DNA of 63,384 nt, counting the filler, from Octopus bimaculoides (Eukaryota), in the NCBI RefSeq assembly GCF_001194135.2. It is 8 parts of 8 records of this genome, joined end to end, with 100 filler letters (N's around TTAATTAATTAA, not from the genome) between each part and the next. Parts side by side here need not be neighbours in the genome. Positions count along the whole stretch, not along the records: positions 10,174 to 16,177 come from NC_069001.1; positions 16,278 to 20,242 come from NW_026317335.1; positions 20,343 to 45,946 come from NC_068982.1; 5 more parts are not named here. One strand, given 5' to 3'. The notes under the pieces are model-generated. The model was not told where the DNA came from. It worked only from the letters and a program-made list of their open reading frames with translations, and searched no databases. The position numbers and the translations under genes were made by a program. Below, one piece after another: positions 12,709 to 24,600 of this stretch (the stretch's first letter is position 1; every line of letters starts with the position of its first letter).

Positions 12709-13093
12709 CGGGCACTGCCAGCAGAGAAAAGAGGGGGTAATTAAGAAGTAAAGAATAAAGAGAAAGACAAACAACGATAGAAGAGAGGAGGAGGGGGAGG
12801 AGATGGGTATGTGTGTTGTGTATGTATGTATGTATGTATGCATGTGTGTGCGTGTGTGCATGTATGTATATGTATGCATGCATGTATGTATGTATGTATG
12901 TATGTATGAATGTATGTATGAATGTATGTATGAATGTATGTGTGTGTATGAATGTATGTGTGTGTATGTATTACGTATGTATGTATGTATGAATGTATGT
13001 AGATATGGCGAGAAAGTCAGTGAGAAAGACAGTGAAATTAGAGAAAGAGAGAAAGAAAGAAAGAAAGAAAGAAAGAGGGGAAAGAAAGAAAGA

Positions 13094-13145
<52 letters not shown>

Positions 13146-13288
13146 AACAGACAGTGAAACAGAAAATGAGAGAGAGAGAGAAAGAAAGAGGGGAAAGAGA
13201 ACGAACGAGAGGGAGGCGGGAAGAATTCGTTCAGTTGTTGGTTATAGATTTCAGTTAAATGCTGGAGGTTAATTGAGTCAAGATTCAC

Positions 13289-13320
<32 letters not shown>

Positions 13321-13671
13321 TTCTTTCTCTCTCTCTCTCTCTTTCTCACTCTCTCTCTCTCTCTCTTTCTCACTCTCCCTCTCTCTCTTTCTTTCTCTCT
13401 CTCTCTCTCTCGTATTCTTCGCAACTCTATGAGTATGTGTGTGTGTCTCTGTGTGTGTGTATGGCAGTGTGTGTATGGCAGTGTGTATATGCGTGTGTAT
13501 GGGTTTCTAATCTCTGTGTAAGCAGAATTATCTATCCATTCGTCTGTCTGTCTGCCTGTCTGTCTGTCTGTCTGTCTGTCAGTCTGTCAGTCTGTCTATC
13601 TCTGTCTATTTATCTATATATTTATCTGTCTGTTTGTCTATATCTCTGCCAGCCTATCTATCTATCTATCC

Positions 13672-13710
<39 letters not shown>

Positions 13711-13760
13711 GATCTATCCATCTATCTATCTGTCTGTCTGTCTGTCTGTCATTGTGTCTG
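11900..13760. repeat. Microsatellite mosaic: (CTA)n, (AAT)n, (GGT)n, (GAAT)n, (ACA)n, (TATG)n, (GA)n, (CT)n, (TCTG)n, (TCTA)n
   Basis: Successive simple repeats, with a SINE B 3' fragment at about 12118-12218. Confidence 0.85.
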
Positions 13761-14559
13761 TCTATCTCTTTGTCCATATATATCTCTCTACCTACATATC
13801 GATCGATCTACGCATCGCTCTGTCTTCCTATTCATGCTTCTACGAGTCCGGGAATGTTTTTGTACCACTTCGCATCCCCATCAAACACCTACCGGTGTAT
13901 GTTTGAATATACGCGTATTTGTAGATGAGTGTATGTATGTGTGTTTGTGTATATGTGTGCGTGCATGTACATCTATGTATGTGTTAGTGTGTATATGTGA
14001 CTGCGTATGCAGACGAGCCCGTATGTGTCTGTTGTCACAAGCCACGACAGTCAAACTCTTCACTCACCATATCTTTCACATCATTTTATACTTCTCTTCT
14101 TTGTCCAACCATCTTCCATTCCTCTACCCACAATCCTCTTCCCCTCCCTTCCGTTTTCCCCCGCTTATTCTTATTCCATATTTCACCAGCGTTCACTATT
14201 TTACCCTCGTTCTGGTCTAACGACCCTCCATGTTTGTTTTCGTTCGATTTCCTTGTGTGTCTCCACTGTCCTGTTTTTGTTCCCAGCTTTGACCCTCCAT
14301 AAGTCCCAAATTTTATTTTGGTACTTATGGGAGCAGCTGTCTTCGAAGATTCATATTGTCGTTCAGTGCTCGAAATGAGGAGTAAGATAGAAAGCCGACA
14401 CCTGATAAAGGGTCGTTCTTTGTGTTACTTGTCTTGTTTTCCATTTGTTCTTCTCATTGTTTTCTTCTGCACCAAGTTTGACAGTCGTTAACTCTAATGT
14501 TTTAACCTGACAATCCTTTGTTTTACAACATTGAAGAGTTACATCATCACTTATCGAAA

Positions 14560-15438
14560 TGCAATTCATGGCGTCTGATTATATTGCGAGTTTTCTCTTG
14601 TAAATCAATTTTTGTGAACTCATAGATAGATAAAACATTCGTGTTGTTTTGTGAATATGAGTTCCGTCGTGGAACCAATGCATTTCAAACAGCTCAAGAC
14701 ATCAATTAGGTGTTTGGTGAAGATGTGGCGAATGAGCGTACTGTACGTAGACAGTTTGAGTTCCGTTCTGGTGACATTACTCTTGAAAATCAGCATCGTG
14801 GTAGACCTGAGAACAAGGTGGATAATGATGAGGTGGAGACTGTAGTAGAAGAGGATACATCTCTAGCAACGCATGAGTTAGCAGCAAGGTTTGATGTTTC
14901 GATATCAACTGTATTGGACCATCTGAAACGAATCGGCAAGGTAAAGAAGCTGGACAAGTGGGTGCCACAGGAACTGAACGAGCATCAAATGACATGTCGT
15001 CTTGAAACTTTCTGTTCTTTGCTGTCACGGCATAAAAACGAACCATTTTTGCATCGTATTATTACATGTGATGAAAAATGGATTCTTTTCAACAATAGCA
15101 AGTGTTCTGCATGATGGTTGGATAGAGACAAAGTGCCAAAACACAATCCAAAAAAGAATACTCATCAAAAAAAGCTAATGGTGTCTGTTTGGTGGTCCAG
15201 TGCTGGTGTCATCCACTCTAGCTTCATGAGACCTGGTAAGTTAATTACAGAGGATGTATACATCAACCAATTGGATGAAATGATGAGTGAACTTGCAATT
15301 AAACAACCGAGATTGGTCAAAAGAGACAGGCCAATTCTCTTGCAAGACAATGCTCGACCACATGTTGCACAAAGAACGCTACTCAAGTTACAGGATCTGA
15401 ACTTGGAAGCACTCTGTCGTCCGCCATATTCACCAGAC
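14560..15438 (+). mobile_element. Decayed mariner (Hsmar1/SETMAR-like) transposase, 3'-truncated
   Basis: Translations ..YEFRRGTNAFQTAQDIN*VFGEDVANERTVRRQ..RGRP..KKLDKWVPQEL..IITCDEKWILFNN..KKLMVSVWWS..LLQDNARPH..PPYSPDLA. In-frame stops are present; the third catalytic Asp (PSDYHLF) and right TIR are absent. Confidence 0.9.
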
Positions 15439-15512
15439 CTGGCTAATCGTTGAGAGGACCTTGGTGATACCTTGGCGGAGGTTTGCGCTCTCTGAGTGCT
15501 CTTGTTGTTATT
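15439..15512 (+). mobile_element. Helentron/HINE-like terminus (subterminal IR plus short hairpin)
   Basis: CCTTGGCGGAGGT (15470-15482), then GCGCTC-TCT-GAGTGC hairpin and TCTTGTTGTTATT. About 50 bp match the reverse complement of 39909-39962. Superfamily assignment is inferred from DINE-1/Helentron end architecture. Confidence 0.55.
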
Positions 15513-15690
15513 AAGGTGGCGAACATGCCGGTCAATGTACTTAGCGGCATTTCGTCCATCTTTACGTTTTGAGTTCAAATTCTGCCCAGGTCGACTTTGT
15601 CTTTTATTTTTCCGGGATCGATAAAATAAGTACCAGTTGAGTACAGGGGTCGATCTAATCGGTTGGCCCCCTTCCCATACAACATTGTGC
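15513..15690 (+). mobile_element. SINE family B
   Basis: TTAGCGGCATTTCGTCC..GAGTTCAAATTCTGCCCAGGTCGACTTTG..GATCGATAAAATAAGTACCAG..GGGGTCGATCTAATCG. Confidence 0.8.
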
Positions 15691-16277
15691 GTATCATTGA
15701 AAGAATTAACGTGGGGACACCGTTTTTAACGTATCCTTTCCTTATGTAAGACTGTATGATGTAATTTGAGGGAGACGTAGTAGCTATTCCTAACAGATTG
15801 AGTGACCATGCAGTGGTCCATTCATTGGTTTCGTTTCTAATCGTCTGTTAATTATTCTAGCTGCTGCTGCTGCTACTGCTGCTGCTTTTGCTCTGATTCT
15901 TGTTAGTGTGTGGTAAAACATTGTGGCTACAGTGGTTACGAATCGTTGGTTAATTATTGTTTACGCTGTTCTTCTTCTTGTTAATTAGTTGCTAATTAGT
16001 GGGGTCGTTAATTGTCAATTATCGATTTTTTACTTGTTGTCGTTGTTCTTATTAATCATTGTCATTAATTGTTTTCAAAGATTTACAAATAATTTGTGCG
16101 AATATTATTTTGGTTTAAATCACTTAGAGGTTGTGATGAAGGAAATGATGATGATGATGTTGTCTCTGAGTGCCTGTNNNNNNNNNNNNNNNNNNNNNNN
16201 NNNNNNNNNNNNNNNNNNNNNTTAATTAATTAANNNNNNNNNNNNNNNNNNNNNNNNNNNNNNNNNNNNNNNNNNNN

Positions 16278-16316
<39 letters not shown>

Positions 16317-16569
16317 TTGCCGTATATCAATGTCAAACTTTGAGAAGTGTGATAAGTGCCATGCAAGAGACTCATCTCTTTAATCCCCCTTTTTTTTTGT
16401 AACTTTCTGCCAATTAAAACATACTGGTTTTGAGGAGAGAGTTGTTGTTGGTACCATCGTCCCCTATTACATGACTAGTATTTTTCTTTATCTATCCCAG
16501 AAGGATTGTAAAGCAAAATTGATCTCAGTGGAATTTGAATTTAGAGCGAATGTATAGTTCCAGAATATA

Positions 16570-16706
16570 TATATTCATTTGACTCTGGCCATGTTGGAGC
16601 ACTGCTTTTAGTTGAACAAATCAACCTCAGGACTTATTCTTTGTAAGCCTAGTACTTATTCTATTGGGGGAACAAACCCAGACACGCAAAATTCTACACA
16701 CACACA

Positions 16707-16757
<51 letters not shown>

Positions 16758-16917
16758 ATATACGAGTTTCTTTCAGTTTCTGTCTACCAAATCCACTCGC
16801 AACACTTTTGGTTGGCCCAAGTAGAAGACACTTGCCCAAGGTGTCATGCAGTGGAACTGAAACCAGAACCATGTGATTAGTAAGCAAACTACTTACCACA
16901 CAGCCACTCCAGCACCT
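16570..16917 (-). mobile_element. SINE family A, near full length, with central (TA)n
   Basis: 3' half at 16570-16705, (TA)n at about 16708-16762, and 5' half at 16762-16917 ending CTTACCACACAGCCACTCC. Confidence 0.8.
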
Positions 16918-16990
16918 ATATATATAAATATATATATATATTGCAATTTATTTTTGGCCAATGTTCTTATACTTCTACCAACCTGAATAG

Positions 16991-17600
16991 TTAACCCCAT
17001 AATAATGGTTTTTTTCAACAAGCAACTAGGCTATACCGACAGTAATCATCTCGGTTGAGATCAGCAATTAGCGTATTACAGTGTTTTGGTGTATATTTAC
17101 ATCAGCCACCTTAACCATTGTGCAGTGGTAATTCATTCGGTTGCCTGCATGCAGCAATAGTAAGCGTGCTGACTGAGGTCAGTACTCAGTACAAGATAAC
17201 GTTCAGCTTATTTTTATGTCAACCACTTTTGTGCACTTACTGCTCACTTACATAAACTATATCCCTGTACAGGACACTCATGCAGTATTATTCCTGAATA
17301 AGCTCACTAGACAGCACAAATCAGATCAACTTCATGTATTTGCAAACATGTGCATTTAAAAACTGACTTTAGTGTGGTTGAGTTCAAAACAGTGTACCAC
17401 ACACAGTGGCATATCACATTGAGAAGAATGTTATCTCGTTTCCATACATTTTCCTTTTGGTTTACATTCTGTGCATCTATATGAAGCATTTGTCTTCTTG
17501 ACAGTGGGATGAAACAGTTGTAGAATATGTCCACATCGCTTTACCATGTGATGAGGAGAGAGTCCAACATGGGGATGTCCACACATTCTGTTCATATAAT
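16991..17600 (-). mobile_element. piggyBac transposon 3' remnant (C-terminal Cys-rich domain)
   Basis: Minus frame HPTVKKTNASYRCTECKPKGKCMETR*HSSQCDMPLCVVHCFELNHT matches the piggyBac C-terminal RCxxC...CxxxLC...CFxxYH pattern. A candidate terminus TTAA|CCCC lies at 16991. Confidence 0.7.
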
Positions 17601-17634
17601 ATTTTCTTGTTAAAGTTTATATTCTTTTATTCTT

Positions 17635-17851
17635 TTCCTTGTTGACTCATTTGACTGCAGCCATGCTGGAACACTGCTTTAAACGGTTTTAGTAGAAAAC
17701 ATTGGCCCCAGGACTTATTCTTTGTAAGCCTAGTATTTATTCTATCAGTCTGTTTTGCCAAACTGCTAGGTTGCGGGCCATAAACACACCAGCATCAGTT
17801 GTCAAGTGATACTAGGAGGACAAACACAGAGACACACATAGATGTATACAT
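17635..17851 (-). mobile_element. SINE family A 3' half
   Basis: GACTGCAGCCATGCTGGAACACTGC...CCCCAGGACTTATTCTTTGTAAGCCTAGTATTTATTCTATCAGTC; runs into a gap at the central microsatellite. Confidence 0.8.
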
Positions 17852-18476
17852 NNNNNNNNNNNNNNNNNNNNNNNNNNNNNNNNNNNNNNNNNNNNNNNNN
17901 NNNNNNNNNNNNNNNNNNNNNNNNNNNNNNNNNNNNNNNNNNNNNNNNNNNNNNNNNNNNNNNNNNNNNNNNNNNNNNNNNNNNNNNNNNNNNNNNNNNN
18001 NNNNNNNNNNNNNNNNNNNNNNNNNNNNNNNNNNNNNNNNNNNNNNNNNNNNNNNNNNNNNNNNNNNNNNNNNNNNNNNNNNNNNNNNNNNNNNNNNNNN
18101 NNNNNNNNNNNNNNNNNNNNNNNNNNNNNNNNNNNNNNNNNNNNNNNNNNNNNNNNNNNNNNNNNNNNNNNNNNNNNNNNNNNNNNNNNNNNNNNNNNNN
18201 NNNNNNNNNNNNNNNNNNNNNNNNNNNNNNNNNNNNNNNNNNNNNNNNNNNNNNNNNNNNNNNNNNNNNNNNNNNNNNNNNNNNNNNNNNNNNNNNNNNN
18301 NNNNNNNNNNNNNNNNNNNNNNNNNNNNNNNNNNNNNNNNNNNNNNNNNNNNNNNNNNNNNNNNNNNNNNNNNNNNNNNNNNNNNNNNNNNNNNNNNNNN
18401 NNNNNNNNNNNNNNNNNNNNNNNNNNNNNNNNNNNNNNNNNNNNNNNNNNNNNNNNNNNNNNNNNNNNNNNNNNNN

Positions 18477-18517
<41 letters not shown>

Positions 18518-18540
18518 TATATATATATACATATATATAA

Positions 18541-18810
18541 GGTACATGGCTTAGCGGTTAAGGTGATGCACACACGATTGCTAGATCATGGCTTCAATTC
18601 CCAGATGGAGCATTTTGTTGTGTTCTTGAGCAAAGCACTTCATTTCATGTTGCTCTGCAATCATTTCAACATGTGACATGTGGCACCCGTTGCACCTCTA
18701 CAGGTAACGTCGATTTGATGGAGAGAGTGAGCTTGTGTCTACACAAACATTTGATCACTATAAACAAATCATCTGCGTGGTTGTTCGGTAAGAAATTTTC
18801 AAACCCTCAT
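18541..18810 (+). mobile_element. tRNA-derived SINE family C
   Basis: A-box-like TGGCTTAGCGG, B-box-like GCTTCAATTCCC, then GTGTTCTTGAGCAAAGCACTT. A related degenerate piece lies at about 21810-22080. Confidence 0.6.
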
Positions 18811-18929
18811 ATGTCCTCTAATGATATATATATATTGATAGAAAAGTAAGGCAACAAAAGAAAGCAAGAAACCTCGATATTGTGTAAATAGAGGAATTTA
18901 TCTGTAAATAATATGTGACAATTATTCGG

Positions 18930-19003
18930 TAGCCATGATAAAACTCCGAGTTTCGGATGCCGGCACGGAAACCCACGCTGCTATCTCTTCAGTTATCTGG
19001 TCA
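18930..19003 (-). ncRNA. Type I hammerhead ribozyme motif, core intact
   Basis: Minus strand: CCAGATAA-CTGAAGA-GAT...ATCC-GAAA-CTCGGAGT-T-TTATCATGG. Shows CUGANGA and GAAA boxes, helix I GATAA/TTATC extended by CCA/TGG, near-palindromic helix III ACTC/GAGT and a GUU triplet. Confidence 0.7.
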
Positions 19004-19019
19004 TCGAAGCTTTCTTCGA

Positions 19020-19093
19020 TAGCCAGATAACTGAAGAGATGGTGGTGTGGGTTTCCGCCCGGGCATCTGAAGCTCAGAGTTTTATCATGGCTA
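19020..19093 (+). ncRNA. Type I hammerhead ribozyme motif, degenerate copy
   Basis: TAGCCAGATAA-CTGAAGA(19031-19037)-GATG...CATC-T-GAAG-CTCAGAGT-T-TTATCATGGCTA. The GAAA box is mutated to GAAG; helix I is TAGCCA-GATAA/TTATC-A-TGGCTA. Confidence 0.55.
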
Positions 19094-19139
19094 CCAAATA
19101 ATTGTCACATATTATTTACAGATATATATAAATACATGG

Positions 19140-19292
19140 TGAGCTTCTTTCAGTTTCTGTCTACCAAATCCATTTACAAAGCTTTGGTTGTCCTAAGGCT
19201 ATACTAGAAGACACTTGCCCAATGTACTATGCAGTGGGACTGAACCTGGAGTCATGCGGTTGGAAAGCAAGCTTCTTACCACACAACCATGA
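19140..19292 (-). mobile_element. SINE family A 5' half
   Basis: GCTTCTTTCAGTTTCTGTCTACCAAATCC...GTGGGACTGAACC...CTTACCACACAACCA. Confidence 0.8.
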
Positions 19293-19719
19293 CTAAACAA
19301 AACTTTTAAACATATTTTTACACAATTATGAAAATGCCATATAAATATCAAATGGCTATGGGGGGTTCAGTAGAATAAAAGAGAAATCAAAGAGGGGTCT
19401 TGAGCACAAAGGGATCAAGAACCTACGCAATTCTCTACAACTTTTGTCTACTCAATTTCACTCACGTGGTATGAATCAACTCAGAATATAATAACACACA
19501 CCAATGATGGCATGCAGTGGGATTGAACTCGTGACCTCTTGGTTGTGAAGCAAACTTCTTCCCCATTTCACCATGCTACACCTAGAATCATGTCTCTAGG
19601 AGAAGACTACCATCTATGGGATTAGGCAATAAACACCACAGATAGAGGATTAGCCAGATTACAAAGTGTAAGTGCCATTTCCCGGGATGATATTCATTTT
19701 GCATCGAGGATCGTATTTC

Positions 19720-20090
19720 TGGTAATGTTTTTGATTGCTATGGTGATGTTCATTATGACGATGATGACAATAGTGATGATGATAATCATGATAATAGTGA
19801 TGATGATTATGACAAAACTGATGATAATGGTGGTGAAAATGATGCCAATGCAGATACTGGCAATATAGTGTTGATAGTGATGGTCGTGATGTCCACGGTC
19901 ATGATGACTACGATGGTGACGGTGACAATGAGGAGGACGATGACGACGATGGCAATGATGATGGTGATGATGCTAACAGAAATAACAACGTCAATGCTGA
20001 TGATGATAATGATGTTGATGACGACGACGACAACGACAAAGATGATGGTGATGATGACGATGATGATGATGAAAATCCCCAAATGATCAA
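19720..20090. repeat. Degenerate (GAT)n/(GAC)n trinucleotide region
   Basis: GAT/GAC/GGT-rich periodicity-3 sequence. Confidence 0.8.
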
Positions 20091-20369
20091 CATGATTGAT
20101 GCTCTCTAATTTTATACTTGTTTTTTTTTTTTATATATATCTGTGACATTGGAGTGACAGCTATCATGTGAGAATTTCAGCAGGTTAATAGTTGAAAAGA
20201 AAAAAATACATAAATAAACACATATTTATATATATATATATANNNNNNNNNNNNNNNNNNNNNNNNNNNNNNNNNNNNNNNNNNNNTTAATTAATTAANN
20301 NNNNNNNNNNNNNNNNNNNNNNNNNNNNNNNNNNNNNNNNNNATATATATATGTATGTATGTATGTGTG

Positions 20370-20582
20370 CGTATATGTTTGTGTGTCTGTGTTTGTCCTC
20401 CCAACATCGCTAGACAACCGATGGTGGTGTGTTTACGTCCCCGTAACTTAACGGTTTGTCAAAAGAGACCGATAGAGTAAGTACTAGGCTTCCAAAGAAT
20501 AAGTCCTGGAGTCGATTTGCTCGACTAAAGGCGGTGCTCCAACATGGCCGCAGTCAAATGACTGAAACAAGTAAAAGAGTAA
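20370..20582 (+). mobile_element. SINE family A 3' half
   Basis: GTGTTTGTCCTCCCAACATCGC...ACGTCCCCGTAACTTAACGG...GGCGGTGCTCCAACATGGCCGCAGTCAAATGACTGAAACAAG. Confidence 0.85.
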
Positions 20583-21564
20583 TATACTGAGATATAGATG
20601 TAAACATATTGTAATATATATGTAATATCCTGTGATGGACACTTAACATACTTATTTATATACCTGTAATTAGTGCGATATACAAGTAATATACTGTAAT
20701 ATGCTTGTAACATTGTTTTATATCATCAAGGAAGATGTTTGAGCAAGAACCTGGGAAAGTGATAAATAGGCCAAGTACGGTGGTGGTGGTGGTGGTGAAG
20801 ATGAAGATGGAATGAAGTCGTAGAAGTGATATGATTCATGCATTGATGTACGTTCGCAGAGAGGAAAATAAATTTAAAGACTTGGTAGGCTTCGAGGAAC
20901 TGCAAGTGTTTGGAGTGGTTAGACTACTAAGGACAAAAATTGTGCAGAGAAAATGCCTCAGACAGTAAATATCAAATAAAATATAAATCAACGTTTTGCA
21001 CTTTGTCAAAATAAGCTACCACTGCGAAGTTAGAAATATTGGTAACACTATATGTTTTAAGAGGAAAAATGATGTGAATTATCTTGAATTTCGATATAGA
21101 GAACACGTTGACATTATGATGTATGAGGAGAATAAATACTTGTGGATTTTTGAAATCTGTGTATTTGGTTGAATGGATGTGTGCATGCAAGTGAGTGCTT
21201 TTCTACGTATAATGGCATACATGTCTGTATGCATAAGAGTGTACTGAAGTGTCTGTTTAACTGTGAATGAGCCGGAGTGTGTGTTTGGTGTATATGCGTG
21301 CTTTTGTATGTGTGTATGAGCGTGAGTGCATTAAACCGCATGCATTTATACTTGTATGGTTAAAAGTCTGTATATGTATGTGTGAGTTTTATGCTTATGT
21401 GAGTATATGTTTATGTGAATATGAATGTTTTTACGTGTATATATTTACATGTGTGAATATTTATCTGTGTGTGTTTATGCACTTGTGAAGATAATGGTAC
21501 GTATGAGCGCGAGCGCGCGCGTTTGTGCGCGTGCGCATGTGTTTATTAATCTTTTATATGCATA

Positions 21565-21771
21565 TACGATGGGGTGCTGTAAAGTTCCTGGCTTTAAGGG
21601 TATCGCAAAACACATTCCGAGTTCTTTTACAGGGCTTAGGAAAGCTGAAGGAACACTGCAATAAGTATGTGAATCTGAGAGGGGAATATGCTGAATAAAA
21701 TCATAATTAACTGATCCACCTGAATTTCCATTTACTCTCAAAGCCAGGAACTTTTCAACACCCACCATGTA
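21565..21771 (+). mobile_element. Mariner-derived MITE (internal deletion derivative)
   Basis: TA-flanked TIRs CGATGGGGTGCTGTAAAGTTCCTGGCTTT / AAAGCCAGGAACTTTTCAACACCCACCATG. The interior retains only the transposase 3' end. Confidence 0.85.
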
Positions 21772-23049
21772 TGAACAAGTAGCTAATAAGTTCGCTATAC
21801 AATCATGAAGTCTTATGTTCGATTCCACTGCGTATCATCTTTAGCAACTGTATTTTACCCTTATCTCATATCGATTCAAGACCTATCGCTGAAACAAGGC
21901 AGGTGAAAACTGTGTGAAAGCATCTCGGATAGACTGTATCTGTAATATAAAGGGTGAGCCTTGTTACACTGTGTGGCGCCGGTTCTACTTTAGAATTAGA
22001 TTAAGAATACAAGCTACTTGCACTATAAATCCATAGTTGAGCAGTTCATTTGATCAAGCACTTATAACACTCATCGTCGAATTCGCCGGAAATCCAATTA
22101 CTTGACTTTTATGCCTGTTTATTCAATTGTGTGTGACGCCAGAAAACATCTCTTGCAAGCATATGCTGACACGATTTTGAGACAAATCGGTGTTGTCTTA
22201 CTCCTCTCTGTTATTTCAGGCGTACACTTTGACCCGGGTTACATAACTGATCCTTATGGTTATTAATTATTCGGACCGGATATCATTTATTAGACAATTT
22301 ATGACCCGGATCATTTGAACAACGAACCCCCCCCCCCNNNNNNNNNNCCTCAACACTTCAAATCTCAACCCTTCAACCCTTGAAACTCTTTCCACTCCCA
22401 CAGCAACCCTCGAATGCAATGCACGCATCACCTATTAAGTATTGCTGTCAGTTATCTGCCCAGAAGAGGGGGACAAAATAACAATAACAACAATAACAGC
22501 AGCAGCAACAACAACAACAACAACAACAATAGTAATGACAGCAGCAGCTACAGAAAGAAACAAGAATAAACATACAAAAGGGAAAAGAAAAAAATCGTTG
22601 AAACATGTGCACGCCTTTCACTGACGTGACTGTATCATGTTGCAGTGCTGCAAGTAGAGACGATACTGATCTTTTGCCTCGATCGGTAGTCGGCACCTGA
22701 CGTAGTTGTTCATACTTGGCTGATGGATAAGAGTATCACAAGCCTATTTGCCATAGCGGTCACGTCACGAACAGGTGATAAGACCTCGGAAGAAGTAGAA
22801 ATAAAAGAGGGAAGGAAGACGAAATAAAAAAAGAAGTATATAACTAAACTTTAGCAGCAGCAGCTCTAGTGGCAATCGAAGTAGTAGTAACAGCAACAAC
22901 AGGCGGTGTGTTAAGTCTAATGCGATGATGATCTTTCTAGTTATGACAGATATAAGGCCGACTGACAATGTGCAATGGCTATAATAGATATTTTACTACT
23001 CCAAATGTATGATATAATACAGTGCCTGAAACTGATAAAAGGAAAACAT

Positions 23050-23163
<114 letters not shown>

Positions 23164-23463
23164 CCCGCCCGCACGGGCGAGTGCGCTCGCTTACTCATGC
23201 ATATCTTCGGTAAATGATACTGAACGTAGCCGTGAGTCGACTAATAACGTATGAATGAAATTGGTTCGATGGAAGCTATGTAGAAACCCATCGGATGGAC
23301 TATAACTAAAAAAAGCACACTCACACATTGTCAGGTTAAATTTATTTGAGAATTGCATTCAGACATGTGTTTGAGAACTACTCAACTATTTCACGCATTA
23401 TTTCAACGAGTATGTCGTTTTATCGAATAAGTAGACTCTGATACGTTACTCTCAGTGGGCCGT

Positions 23464-23509
<46 letters not shown>

Positions 23510-23593
23510 TTAGATTCAAGGTGAATATGGTACTTAAGTTTAGGCACCAGAATTAAGTGTGGTATTATCCATACAATTTCAAAATAAGGTGAT

Positions 23594-23813
23594 TAAAATC
23601 AAAATAAGCAACAAAGATATCCAAAGTTAATGCAGTACGATCGTTTCATGCGACTACATTTAATTAAGTAATGTGAACATTACATCAAATGTGAAATGCA
23701 GAGCTCTGCATTTCACATTTGATGTAATGTTCACATTGCTTAATTAAATGGAGTCGCATGAAACGATCGTACTGCATTAACTTTGAATATCTTTGTTGCT
23801 TATTTTGATTTTA
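23594..23813. repeat. 220-bp loopless palindrome centred on GAGCTC
   Basis: 110-bp arms with 3 mismatches; centre between 23703 and 23704. Confidence 0.95.
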
Positions 23814-24261
23814 TATATATATATAAAAGTAAAATTTAATTGCCTACATAATATGGCTGTCCCGTAAGGGACGTTGTTATTGTTTATTAGCTCCAAGAAA
23901 CATCGTTTCTAGCTGGCTATACGACACATTATCTGTGTTCTTATATTTTCGAACCGGGAATTCAGCATGCATAGGCACACACATACATACACTGACCCCA
24001 ACACATGCGCACAAACAAACAAAAAGGAACGAAATGTAAATAACGGACAGAATCAAGACTATTGAAAAGGTTGCAAGGCGCAACGAAAATTTTAGGAAAA
24101 TAAAAATAAGGAATAATTAGAAACTTTCCCGGTGAATATGTTAAATTATAAGGCACAAAAAGAAAGTGACTCTCCCCAGACACAACAGAATATGTTTCAA
24201 TACACGAACTCACATAAAGAATCTTGCAAACCAAATCCAAAAACGAAATATATATATCGTA

Positions 24262-24600
24262 CTGAACCAGAACCACATGGTTCTGGGTTCAGTACCACTT
24301 CATAGAAACTTGGGCAAGTGTCTTCTGGTCGACCAATGCCTTGTGAGTGAATTTAGTAGACGGAAACTTAAAGAAGCCGGTCGAATATATATATGTTTGT
24401 TTTTGTGTCTATTCTTGTTCCCCCACCATCGCTTGACACACTGGTTGGTGTGTTTATGGCCCCCGTTACCTAGCACTTCGGCAAACGAGAACGATAAAAT
24501 AAGTACCAGCTTAAAGAAAATAATGAGTTGTGGATATTAATTCATTTGACTAAAAATTCTTCAAGGCAGTGTCCCAGCATGCCCTCAATCTAATAACATG
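24262..24600 (+). mobile_element. SINE family A, diverged near-full copy
   Basis: AACCACATGGTTCTGGGTTCAGTACCAC..TTGGGCAAGTGTCTTC..AGACGGAAACT..CATCGCTTGACA..GATAAAATAAGTACCAG. Confidence 0.75.

Larger units (their letters stand above)
18900..19123. repeat. 224-bp fold-back (110-bp arms, 4-nt loop), probable Penelope-like terminal repeat in inverted arrangement
   Basis: Arms 18900-19009 and 19014-19123 are colinear reverse complements with no indels; mismatches are mostly transitions. Confidence 0.9.
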
